Shown here one piece after another: positions 11,903-20,377 of a stretch of 27,917 nucleotides of DNA. The notes below the pieces were generated by a model that worked only from the letters and a program-made list of their open reading frames with translations, searched no databases and had not been told where the DNA came from. Numbering within the stretch: position 1 is the first letter of the stretch; each line of letters begins with the position of its first letter. The stretch covers positions 1 through 27,917 of the forward strand of contig JAYZQJ010000231.1 of the NCBI GenBank assembly GCA_036149055.1, read 5' to 3'. The position numbers and the translations under genes were made by a program. Origin of the DNA: Myxococcota bacterium. GTDB taxonomy: Bacteria; Myxococcota_A; Polyangia; Polyangiales; Sandaracinaceae.

Positions 11903-12646
11903 TCAGCGGATGAACGACCAGTCGACGTCCGGCACGAGCTCGAGGTGCACGTGGTTGGCGTGGGCCGCGTCGTAGTGAGGCGTGAGCACCACCTGGAAGA
12001 GATCGTCCCGGACGGCGGCGCAGACGAGCCGGCGGAGGCGCGCCGAGGCCTCTCCCTCCTCGTGCTCCCCCTCGCAGGGCGCGCCGCCCCGGTCGCGGGC
12101 CGTCCAGCCCTCGAGCACGTCGATCTCGGCGCCGTCCCGGTAGCGCACGAAGGCGAGGTCGAGCGCGAGGGCCCGGGCGTGGCCGCTGACCCGGTCGCTC
12201 CCGCCGACCCGGGCGCCCGGGCGGTAGGTCGAGTAGTGCTCGACCGCGGCCACCCCCTGGCGCTTGAGCACCGGCGCCCAGGCGAGCAGCGCGACCGCGA
12301 GCCGGCAGTCGACGATCTCGTGCAGCGCGGAGTGGCCGCGGCTGCTCACCCGGATCCCGGCGACCCGCTCGACCCGCACCGGCATGGCCACGCCGTCGGT
12401 CGCGCCCAGCGCCTCGAACCTCACCCCGTGCCCCGCGAGCAGCGCGTGGCAGGCGCCCTCGTCGAGCTCGGCGATCGCCCGGCCGGAGGGGATGGGCGGC
12501 GGCGCGGGGGCCGGATTCAGGGCGGCGTGCACCTCGGTCAGGCACCCCGGGTCGGGTCCGTCCCCGAGCTCGGCCGGCTCGTCGAGCTGCGCGGCGGCCC
12601 CGGAGACCGGCGCGAGCAGGGCGAAGAGCAGCGAGAGGCGGCGCAT
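11903..12646 (-). CDS. Secreted extensin-like C-terminal domain protein (LAS/M15-like fold)
   Basis: Signal peptide MRRLSLLFALLAPVSGAAA; DCRLAVAL, HYSTYR, SGHARALALD, FQVVLTPHYDAAHANHVHLE match the extensin-like family. Confidence 0.8.
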   Translation of the reverse strand: MRRLSLLFALLAPVSGAAAQLDEPAELGDGPDPGCLTEVHAALNPAPAPPPIPSGRAIAELDEGACHALLAGHGVRFEALGATDGVAMPVRVERVAGIRVSSRGHSALHEIVDCRLAVALLAWAPVLKRQGVAAVEHYSTYRPGARVGGSDRVSGHARALALDLAFVRYRDGAEIDVLEGWTARDRGGAPCEGEHEEGEASARLRRLVCAAVRDDLFQVVLTPHYDAAHANHVHLELVPDVDWSFIR

Positions 12647-12762
12647 CGGCCCATTCTCGCTCCATGTGAGCCGATGTAGGCAACTTCACGACCCGCCGGA
12701 GGCTGAAAAAAGAGGGAATAGTCCCGAGGCGGTGGCGTTCCGGACCGCGCGAGGCCGGGACC

Positions 12763-12790
12763 TTGACTCGATTTTCTCAATGGCTATCGT
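12763..12790 (+). promoter_or_regulatory. Putative sigma70-type promoter for the gldA/F/G-like operon
   Basis: TTGACT (12763-12768), 16-nt AT-rich spacer, TATCGT (12785-12790) in an AT-enriched divergent intergenic region about 85 nt before ATG 12876. Confidence 0.55.
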
Positions 12791-12875
12791 CCGCGCCCGC
12801 CGGGGGCCTGCCTCCCCGGACCTCGCGCTGCCCCCGACCCCGGCGGCGTTTTCCCTCGCTTACGAGAGGTCCCGT

Positions 12876-13904
12876 ATGACCGACGTGATGATCGAGGCCT
12901 CGGGCCTCGGGAAAGAGTACGGGAGCTTCGTCGCGCTTCGGAACGCGAGCTTCGAGCTCCGCCGCGGCGAGATCCTCGGCTTCCTCGGCCCGAACGGCGC
13001 CGGGAAGTCGACGACGATGAAGATCCTGACCTGCTTCATCGCCCCCACCACCGGCACCGCGACCGTGGCCGGCGCCGACATCTGGGACGACCCCATCGGC
13101 GCCCGGAAGGCGATCGGCTACCTGCCGGAGAGCACCCCGCTCTACCAGGAGATGCTGGTGCTCGAGTACCTCGAGTGGGTGGCGCAGATGCGCGGCCTCA
13201 AGGGGGAGACCGGCAACAAGCGCATCCTGAAGGTGGTCGAGGAGGTCGGCCTCGGAGACGTGATCGCCAAGTCGATCAACGAGCTCTCCAAGGGCTACAA
13301 GCAGCGCGTCGGGCTCGCCCAGGCGCTGATCCACGAGCCGCCGATCCTCATCCTCGACGAGCCGATGAGCGGCCTCGACCCCAACCAGGCGGTCGAGATC
13401 CGGAGCCTCATCAAGGAGATCGGCAAGGAGCGCACGATCATCCTGTCGACGCACAACCTCGCGGAGGTGCAGGTCACCTGCCAGCGGGTGCTGATCATCG
13501 ACAAGGGCCGGATCGTCGCCGACGACACCCCCGACGGCCTGGCCAAGAGCGGCGGCGGCGCGCGCTACCGCCTCTCGGTCCTCAAGGACAAGCGCCTGAA
13601 GGACGGCGGCTACCGCGACGCCGAGGGCGGCGAGGCGGCGATCAAGGGCGCCTTCAGCAAGGTCGACGGCGTGGTCTCGGTGACCACCCTCAAGGACAAG
13701 AAGGGCGAGCTCGAGGTCGAGGTCTCGGTCGATCCCGAGGTCGACGACGACCCGCGGGCCGAGCTCTTCCGGGCCGCGGTCGACAACGGGCTCGTGCTGG
13801 TCGGCTTCGCGACGAAGACCCAGAACCTCGAGCAGATCTTCCGGAACCTCACCACGGCCGACCCCGAGGAAGCGCTCGCGGCGGACGAGGGAGAGGAGGA
13901 GTAG
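12876..13904 (+). CDS. GldA-like ABC transporter ATP-binding protein
   Basis: GAGAGG RBS before ATG 12876; GPNGAGKSTTMKIL, IGYLPE, LSKGYKQRVGLAQALIHEP, ILDEP, STH are characteristic of the GldA-like subfamily; 342 aa. Confidence 0.92.
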   Translation: MTDVMIEASGLGKEYGSFVALRNASFELRRGEILGFLGPNGAGKSTTMKILTCFIAPTTGTATVAGADIWDDPIGARKAIGYLPESTPLYQEMLVLEYLEWVAQMRGLKGETGNKRILKVVEEVGLGDVIAKSINELSKGYKQRVGLAQALIHEPPILILDEPMSGLDPNQAVEIRSLIKEIGKERTIILSTHNLAEVQVTCQRVLIIDKGRIVADDTPDGLAKSGGGARYRLSVLKDKRLKDGGYRDAEGGEAAIKGAFSKVDGVVSVTTLKDKKGELEVEVSVDPEVDDDPRAELFRAAVDNGLVLVGFATKTQNLEQIFRNLTTADPEEALAADEGEEE

Positions 13905-13906
13905 GC

Positions 13907-14623
13907 ATGCAAAACATCATGTCCATCGCCGGACGACAGTTCCGGAGCTACTTCAACGGCCCGGTCGCCTACATCACGGCGGCGCTGGTGCTCCTCTTCG
14001 TCGGCCTGCTCGTCTGGTCGACCTTCTTCCTCGCGAACAAGGCGACGGCGACCGAGGTCTTCACCTGGTTCGGCATCGCGATGGTCTTCGCGGCCCCCGC
14101 GCTGACGATGGGCCTCATCGCCGAGGAGCGGCACAGCGGCACCCTCGAGCTGCTGCTGACCATGCCGGTCAAGGAGTCCGAGGTCATCCTCGGCAAGTAC
14201 CTGGGCGCCTTCGGGCTCTTCCTGGTCGTGGTCGGCCTGACCATCGTCAACCCGATCGCCATCTCGACCCTCGGCGACCTCGACTGGGGCACGGTCTTCA
14301 CCGGCTACCTCGGGCTGATCCTCCAGGGCGCGGCGATGCTCGCGATCGGCATGATGGCCTCCAGCCTCGCCGAGAATCAGCTCGTCGCCTTCTTCATCTC
14401 GTTCTTCTTCCTGGCCTTCTTCGGCTGGGTCGCGCCGCTCGTGCTGCGCTTCCTGAGCACCGGCTTCTGGGCGACGCTCTTCGAGCTCGTCTCGCTCCAG
14501 GGCCACCTCGAGAGCATGACCCGCGGGGTCATCGCGCTGAGCGACGTGCTCTTCTTCCTCTCTCTGACGATCTTCGCGCTGCTCGTCGCCTTCCGGGGCC
14601 TCGAGAAGCGCCGGTGGAGCTGA
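13907..14623 (+). CDS. GldF-like ABC-2 permease
   Basis: GGAGGAG RBS; RSYFNGPVAY, PALTMGLIAEERHSGTLELLLTMPV..VILGKYLG, ENQLVAF, HLESMTRGVI motifs; 238 aa. Confidence 0.92.
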   Translation: MQNIMSIAGRQFRSYFNGPVAYITAALVLLFVGLLVWSTFFLANKATATEVFTWFGIAMVFAAPALTMGLIAEERHSGTLELLLTMPVKESEVILGKYLGAFGLFLVVVGLTIVNPIAISTLGDLDWGTVFTGYLGLILQGAAMLAIGMMASSLAENQLVAFFISFFFLAFFGWVAPLVLRFLSTGFWATLFELVSLQGHLESMTRGVIALSDVLFFLSLTIFALLVAFRGLEKRRWS

Positions 14624-14625
14624 AC

Positions 14626-16404
14626 ATGGCGGACACGAAGACCAAGAAGGGCTCCGCCAAGCAGCCGGAGCGCAACACGCGAGGTCAGCGCCAGGGCACC
14701 GAGGCGATCCTCTACCTGGTGGTGGTGCTCGTGGTGCTGGTCGCGGCGAACGTCGTCGCGCACCTCAAGCTCGGCGGCGCCCGCATCGACCTGACCGAGA
14801 CCCGCCGCTACTCGCTGAGCGACGCGAGCAAGCGCCTGGTGGGCTCCCTCGAGGACGACATGGAGATCACGGCGTACTTCACCGCCGATCTCCCGCCGCC
14901 CTTCAACACCCACGAGCAGTACGTCCGCAACCTCCTCCAGGAGTACGAGGCGGCGAGCGGCGGGCGCATCGACGTGCGCTTCGTGAACCCGGACGACGAC
15001 GAGGAGCGCGAGGAGGCCGACGAGGCCGGCGTGCCCGAGGTCGAGCACCGGGCGATCGAGAACGACTCCTTCGCGGTCAAGCAGGGCTACCGCGGCCTCG
15101 TGATCCGCTACCTCGGCGACAAGCAGACCATCCCGGTGATCCAGGACGTCAGCGGCCTCGAGTACGAGATCACCCAGGCGATCCGTCAGCTGGTGAGCGA
15201 GCCGCTCCCGATCGGCCTCGTGACCGGGCACGGCGGGCCCACCCTGACCAAGGGCCTGAGCTACTTCTCCGAGGCGCTGCCCCTCTACGACGTGCGCGAG
15301 GTCAGCCTCGACGAGGAGATCGACTCCGATCTCCGCGCGGTGCTGCTCATCGACCCGACCGAGGAGTTCAGCGAGGACGAGCTCCGCCGCCTCGACCAGT
15401 TCGTGATGCGCGGCCGCTCGCTCGGCGTCTTCGGCGGCGCCTTCAACGTGAGCCTCGAGGGCGCGCCCAGCGCCACCGCGGCCAACACCAACCTCAACAT
15501 GCTGCTCCAGGGCTGGGGCATGCAGCTCGGCGACGGGATCGTGGCCAGCGCGGAGTGCCTGCCGCTCCCGATGCAGCGGCTGCCCATCCCGGTGCCCTAC
15601 CCGCCCTTCCCCATCGCCGGCATCGACGAGGAGGCGCAGGAGCACCCCGCGCTCTTCCGCCTTCGTCAGGTGCCGTTCGCCTGGGCGGCGCCCATCGAGA
15701 CGAGCGACCGCTTCGACGAGCTGAACGGCCAGCGCCTCGCGTTCTCGAGCGACGAGACGAGCTGGGCGATGGCCGGCGAGTCGGTGCAGCTCCGCCAGCG
15801 CCGCCCCGACGAGTGGCGCTTCGAGGGCGAGCGCGGCCCGCACACCCTCCTCGCGGCGGTCGAGGGCACGCTCCCGAGCGCCTTCGCGGAGGCCTCGTCG
15901 AGCGAGGGCGGCTCGAGCGTCGAGGCGCCCGCGCAGTCGGAGGGCGAGGCCCGCGTGCTCGTCGCCGGCTCCGGCTGGGTCCTGCACGAGGAGCTCATCG
16001 GCTACCTCCAGCAGATCGCGCCCCAGGCGCCGGCGGCCGCGGCGGCCGGGCCCTTCGCGCTCAACTCCATCGACTGGCTCGCCCAGGACGCCGACCTCAT
16101 CGCCATCCGCGCGAAGAACATCGAGGACCCGGCGCTCGACGTGCCGCAGAACGTCCGCCTCGCGCAGGAGGACATCCAGGCGGCGGCCGAGGAGGAGGAC
16201 CAGGAGCAGTTCGACGACGCGCGCGATCGGCACTCCGAGGCGATGGACGCGTGGGCCCAGAAGAAGTGGACCTACCGCCTGTCGATCATCCTCGGGCTGC
16301 CCTTCCTGGTCGCGCTCTTCGGGCTGATCCGCTGGCAGATGCGCAAGAACAAGCGGGCCAGCCTGCAAGAGCTCCGCAAGAAGCTCACCGCGAAGAAGGC
16401 TTGA
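14626..16404 (+). CDS. GldG-like ABC auxiliary (GIFT/ABC_transp_aux) protein
   Basis: N-terminal TM then RIDLTETRRYSLSDASK, LEYEITQAI, TGHG, LDQFVMRG, LNSIDWL..DADLIAIR, C-terminal TM plus basic tail; ATG 14626 (592 aa). Confidence 0.9.
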   Translation: MADTKTKKGSAKQPERNTRGQRQGTEAILYLVVVLVVLVAANVVAHLKLGGARIDLTETRRYSLSDASKRLVGSLEDDMEITAYFTADLPPPFNTHEQYVRNLLQEYEAASGGRIDVRFVNPDDDEEREEADEAGVPEVEHRAIENDSFAVKQGYRGLVIRYLGDKQTIPVIQDVSGLEYEITQAIRQLVSEPLPIGLVTGHGGPTLTKGLSYFSEALPLYDVREVSLDEEIDSDLRAVLLIDPTEEFSEDELRRLDQFVMRGRSLGVFGGAFNVSLEGAPSATAANTNLNMLLQGWGMQLGDGIVASAECLPLPMQRLPIPVPYPPFPIAGIDEEAQEHPALFRLRQVPFAWAAPIETSDRFDELNGQRLAFSSDETSWAMAGESVQLRQRRPDEWRFEGERGPHTLLAAVEGTLPSAFAEASSSEGGSSVEAPAQSEGEARVLVAGSGWVLHEELIGYLQQIAPQAPAAAAAGPFALNSIDWLAQDADLIAIRAKNIEDPALDVPQNVRLAQEDIQAAAEEEDQEQFDDARDRHSEAMDAWAQKKWTYRLSIILGLPFLVALFGLIRWQMRKNKRASLQELRKKLTAKKA

Positions 16405-16414
16405 GGAGACCACG

Positions 16415-17656
16415 ATGGATTGGGAACGACATCGCCTGCTGATCATGGGCGTGGTCGCTGCCGCTCTCGTCGGCGCGACCTGGTGGGCCGTCTCGAGCGA
16501 GACGGGCGACACCCCGGTCGACGAGACCGAGGAGGCGCCCACGCTGCCCGAGCTCGAGCGCGACGACATCACCGCGCTGGAGATCACGCGCCCCGCCGAG
16601 GAGGGTGAGGGCACCATCCGGCTCGAGCGCGACGGCGAGAGCTGGCGCGTGACCTCGCCGGTCGAGGCGGCCGCCGCCGAGACCAGCGTGAGCACCGCGC
16701 TCGACAAGCTGACCGACCTCGAGGTCGTCGGCCGCGCGGCGAGCTCCGCGCAGCACCACGAGCACCTCGAGGTCGACGCCGAGCACGGCATCCACGTGGT
16801 GGCGCAGGCGGGCGGCGAGACGGTCTTCGACGGCTGGATCGGCGCCTTCCGCAGCGGCAACACGATGGTCCGCCTCGACGGCCAGGAGGAGGTCCTGATG
16901 GTGCGCGGCTCCATCAAGTTCGCCTTCAACAAGCCCGTCCGCGACTGGCGCGACCGCAGCATCACCGACCTCGAGTCGGGGCGCATCGCGCGCCTCTCCT
17001 TCCAGCGCGAGGGCGCGAGCTACACCTTCGAGAAGCGCGGTGACGCCTGGGCCCAGGTCCTCCCCGAGGACGCGGCCGAGGACGCCGGCATCGAGAACTA
17101 CGACGCGACCCGCGTGCGCACCATGGCCTCCAGCCTGGCCCGCATGCGCGCCGCCGACTTCGCCGCCGCCGACGCCACCCCCGCGTCGCTCGGCTTCGGT
17201 GAAGGCGCGGCCCGGGTCGAGATCGGCCTCGTCGCGGCGGAGCCCGAGGCGGCCGAGGGCGAGGAAGAGGCCGAGGGCGAGGAGCAGGGCGAGGAAGCCG
17301 CCGAAGGCGCCGAGGGCGAAGCGGCCGAGCCCGCCTCCCCCACCCTCGCCGAGACCGTCGTCTTGCTGGTCGGCAACGAGGCCGAGGAGTCGCAGCGCTA
17401 CGTCATGATCGAAGGCGACGAGACCATCTACCTCGTCTCGCGTTTCATGGCCGACCGCCTGCTCCCCGACGCCGAGGACTTCCAGCCCGGCGCCGAGCCG
17501 GCCGAGCCGCCCCCGGGCGGAATGCCCGGCGGGATGCCCCCCGGCATGCCCGGCATGGGCGGCGGCCCCGGCGGCGGTCAGATCCCGCCCGAGGTCATGC
17601 GCCAGATCCAGCAGCAGCTCCAGCAGCAGCAGGGCGGCGGCGGCGGCGGACACTAG
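16415..17656 (+). CDS. DUF4340 domain protein with PGGM/Q/G low-complexity tail
   Basis: GAGGAG RBS; single N-terminal TM, two repeats of 'I..L.I/F.R....L/FE(R/K)....W', DWRDRSI motif; standard fourth gene of GldA/F/G-like operons. Confidence 0.82.
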   Translation: MDWERHRLLIMGVVAAALVGATWWAVSSETGDTPVDETEEAPTLPELERDDITALEITRPAEEGEGTIRLERDGESWRVTSPVEAAAAETSVSTALDKLTDLEVVGRAASSAQHHEHLEVDAEHGIHVVAQAGGETVFDGWIGAFRSGNTMVRLDGQEEVLMVRGSIKFAFNKPVRDWRDRSITDLESGRIARLSFQREGASYTFEKRGDAWAQVLPEDAAEDAGIENYDATRVRTMASSLARMRAADFAAADATPASLGFGEGAARVEIGLVAAEPEAAEGEEEAEGEEQGEEAAEGAEGEAAEPASPTLAETVVLLVGNEAEESQRYVMIEGDETIYLVSRFMADRLLPDAEDFQPGAEPAEPPPGGMPGGMPPGMPGMGGGPGGGQIPPEVMRQIQQQLQQQQGGGGGGH

Positions 17657-17678
17657 CCGCGCCGAGAGCCCGTGACGA

Positions 17679-17712
17679 CGAGACGGCGGCATCCCTGGAT
17701 GCCGCCGTTTCG
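17679..17712. terminator. Hairpin terminator between convergent genes (likely bidirectional)
   Basis: CGAGACGGCGGCATCC-CT-GGATGCCGCCGTTTCG: 16-nt arms with a single G.T pair, in the 69-nt gap between convergent stops. Confidence 0.8.
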
Positions 17713-17725
17713 CGTTCTGCGTGGC

Positions 17726-18199
17726 TCAATCCCATCGGTTGTACAGGACGTCTCCGATGGTCTCCGGGCCCCAGTAGCGGACCTGCTTCCGCTCCACCGG
17801 TCGCAGCGCCTCGAGGTCGCCGGGCTCGAGGCGACGACGGAGCGCGTCCGGCGTGGCGATCGACCAGTCGCGCGGCGCGCCTCGCGCGATCTCGGCGGGC
17901 ACTTCCACGAAGTCGAAGAACCCATCGAGCGGGTCGCGCTCCTCCCGCGCCGCCGCGAGCACGCGGGCGACGCGGCTGAGCAGGAGCTGCAGCGGCGCGT
18001 CCCGGGCGCCGCGTCGGACCACGGCCCGATGAAAGCTCCGGAGCTCGCGCCCGCGGTCGATCGAGACCAGCGTCCAACCCACGCGCGGGAGGCGCTCGAG
18101 CGCGCCCACGAACGCCTCCACCGGGACCTCGTTCGGCGCGAAGTCGCCACGACGGTAGAACCCGGTGACGCCGGGGCCGAGGGTGATGCGCTCGCTCAC
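17726..18199 (-). CDS. Hypothetical protein (C-terminal QVRYWGPETIGDVLYNRWD motif)
   Basis: GTG 18199 overlaps the M48 stop (GTGA); 157 aa with globular composition; GVTGF N-terminal and YWxPxTxGxxxxNxWD C-terminal pattern recalls a conserved uncharacterised family. Confidence 0.72.
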   Translation of the reverse strand: MSERITLGPGVTGFYRRGDFAPNEVPVEAFVGALERLPRVGWTLVSIDRGRELRSFHRAVVRRGARDAPLQLLLSRVARVLAAAREERDPLDGFFDFVEVPAEIARGAPRDWSIATPDALRRRLEPGDLEALRPVERKQVRYWGPETIGDVLYNRWD

Positions 18200-20151
18200 G
18201 CCGCCTCGCCGACCGCGTCGAGGAGCTCGGCCTGGAAGGCGAGCAGCGCGGAGAGGCTCTTGTCCTCGAGCCGTCGGAGCTTGGCGGCGATCTCGGCCAG
18301 CTGCGCGAAGTAGAGCGAGACCTGCTCCGGGTCGGGGTCGTGCTGCTGCAAGGCCGCGTCGACGACGAGCGGCTCCGCCAGCAGGAGCTCGCCGAGCGTC
18401 GCGCCGGACCGCACGTTCGGCATCGGCGGGAGAGACACCTCGCGCGCCTTCTCGAGCAGCTTCCGGATCCGTCGGTGCGCTCCGGCCAGCTGACCGAAGG
18501 CGTGCTCCGCGCCGTCCGGAGACGACGAGCGGTGCATCCGCGCCATGGCCTGCATCGACTCCCTCTCGGCCCGCTCGACCCGCGTCACCATGCGCTGGAG
18601 CCGGGCGTGGAAGCGGTAGCGCCGGAGCAGGCGCTTCTCCCAGGCGCCGCCCAGCTCCACCGCGAGCGAGCGGTGGATGAAGAACAGATCCCGGTCGAAC
18701 ATCAGCTGCTGCCGGTGCCGCGCCTCGGGGTCGGCGTCCCACCGAGCCGCCTGCGCGAGCCGGTCGGAGAGGTGCGCGAGCGCTCCGTCGATGGGCTCGG
18801 CGTCCGCCTTCAGGAGCGGCACGATGTCGTCCATCACCAGCCGGCGCGACGCGAAGGCGCCTCCCCAGCGCGCGTCGTGCCGCGCGCTCTCGAGCTCGGC
18901 GTCGAGGAACGCCTGGACCTCGGCGGCGGGGCGGAGCTCGGCCTCGGCGGGCGACCAGAGGGCGGTGACCCGGCGCTGGATGACGTCGGGGTCGGCGAAG
19001 AGCACCCACGCGGACCGGTCGTCTTCGGGGCTCGGGATCCCGAAGCGGGCGGCGTGCGCCTCTCGCACGTGGTTCGGGGGGTGGGTGGCCCACATGTTCG
19101 GCCGCTCGGCCGCGGACGGGTCGAACAGGCGCTCGCCCCGCACCGGCTCGTCCAGCTCGCCGTCTCCTCGCGCGCGCAGCACCTCGAGGCTCCAGCGCTG
19201 ATGCGCGTAGACGTTGTCCGTGCGCAGCCCGTGGTCGCTCGCGTTCATCAGCTCGTCGAGCGCGTAGTGGAGCGAGGCGTCGGCGGCCCGGAGCCGGTGG
19301 AGCGCCCGCATCAACGACTCGCTCCCCGTGGCCGCGATCGCGACGCGATCGGCGTGCAGCTCCATCTCCCGAGAGAGGCTCGCGTCGAGCCGGGCCACGC
19401 CGAGGAACACGACGTGGAGCGCCTTGCGCACCACCCACACCATCGCAGTGAGGAGCACGGCGATCCACGAGAGGTAGGAGCCGGCGCGGCGACCGTCCGC
19501 GAGCAGCTCGTCGAAGCCGTCCCGACCGAAGAGGAGCTCCTCGACCCGCGTCGCCGCCGCGTGCACGAACGCCCCGACGCGCGTCGACGACTGCGAGACG
19601 TGCCCGAGCTCGTGCGCCACCACGGCCTTCAGCTCCTCGAGGGTCAGGGCGTTGAGGAGGCCGACGCCGAGGATCAGGCTCTTGCGGCTGGGGAGCAGCC
19701 GAGCCCAGGACGTGCCGCGGTCGTGGAAGACGGCCGCGTTCACGGCTCGGCTCAGGTAGACCCGCCGGGGGCGCGGCGCGCCGGTGTCGGCCGCGAGCCG
19801 GTCGAGGAACGCGAAGAGCCTCGGCTCCTCGTCGGGCTCGACCGCGAGCAGCCGCTGCGGCCCCGGACGCGCGCGAACGAACAGCCCCTTCACGAGGAAG
19901 GCGCAGAGGAAGACGCTGGCGGATGTGATCGCGAGCCACGGCCAGAGGCGCCCGCGGCGCATGAAGGCCTCGACGGAGGTGACGACCTCCCACGCCACCC
20001 AGCCGGTGACGCCGATGGCGGCGAGGTACCCCGCGGCGAAGAGGAGCAGCGCGATCGCGACCGCGGCGACCCGGAGCCGGTAGCCGAGCCCGACGCGCGT
20101 GAGCGACGGCGGGACCCGCTGCGGGCCCTCGGGGTACGGCAGGTCGACCAT
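18196..20151 (-). CDS. M48 family (HtpX/Ste24-like) membrane zinc metallopeptidase with C-terminal helical extension
   Basis: VNAAV, AVVAHELGH (HExxH), REMELHAD (third ligand), WATHPP; two N-terminal TMs. Start ATG 20151 (alternative GTG 20166). Confidence 0.88.
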   Translation of the reverse strand: MVDLPYPEGPQRVPPSLTRVGLGYRLRVAAVAIALLLFAAGYLAAIGVTGWVAWEVVTSVEAFMRRGRLWPWLAITSASVFLCAFLVKGLFVRARPGPQRLLAVEPDEEPRLFAFLDRLAADTGAPRPRRVYLSRAVNAAVFHDRGTSWARLLPSRKSLILGVGLLNALTLEELKAVVAHELGHVSQSSTRVGAFVHAAATRVEELLFGRDGFDELLADGRRAGSYLSWIAVLLTAMVWVVRKALHVVFLGVARLDASLSREMELHADRVAIAATGSESLMRALHRLRAADASLHYALDELMNASDHGLRTDNVYAHQRWSLEVLRARGDGELDEPVRGERLFDPSAAERPNMWATHPPNHVREAHAARFGIPSPEDDRSAWVLFADPDVIQRRVTALWSPAEAELRPAAEVQAFLDAELESARHDARWGGAFASRRLVMDDIVPLLKADAEPIDGALAHLSDRLAQAARWDADPEARHRQQLMFDRDLFFIHRSLAVELGGAWEKRLLRRYRFHARLQRMVTRVERAERESMQAMARMHRSSSPDGAEHAFGQLAGAHRRIRKLLEKAREVSLPPMPNVRSGATLGELLLAEPLVVDAALQQHDPDPEQVSLYFAQLAEIAAKLRRLEDKSLSALLAFQAELLDAVGEAA

Positions 20152-20194
20152 GAAGGTTGCTATCACGGGCGGCCGGGCGTCGGCCAGCGAGGAG

Positions 20195-20377
20195 CTACGA
20201 CGCGCGGGCGAGGTGCACGTGGAGCTGGCCGGTGTCCGGGTCGCGCTCCACGAAGACCTGCCAGGGGCGACAGCACACGTCGCAGTCCTGCACGAAGCTG
20301 CCGCGCTGCTCCGGGTCCACCCAGAGCTCGAGCGGCTCGAAGCAGTAGGGGCAGACGACCTGGGCGACGTCGCTCAA
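20195..20377 (-). CDS. CPXCG-type small cysteine-rich (zinc ribbon) protein
   Basis: TTG 20377 overlaps upstream TGA (TTGA); 60 aa VCPYCFEPLELWVD...FVQDCDVCCRPWQV matches the Cys_rich_CPXG family. Confidence 0.85.
   Translation of the reverse strand: MSDVAQVVCPYCFEPLELWVDPEQRGSFVQDCDVCCRPWQVFVERDPDTGQLHVHLARAS

Noticed and set aside
10650..12689. Apparent 679-aa desaturase fusion; similar long N-terminal extensions on ORFs 1406, 2401, 12264, 13175, 19993, 21394 and 27801
   Set aside because: Extensions run through neighbouring genes in other frames and are low-complexity; true starts are supported by start/stop overlaps or RBS.
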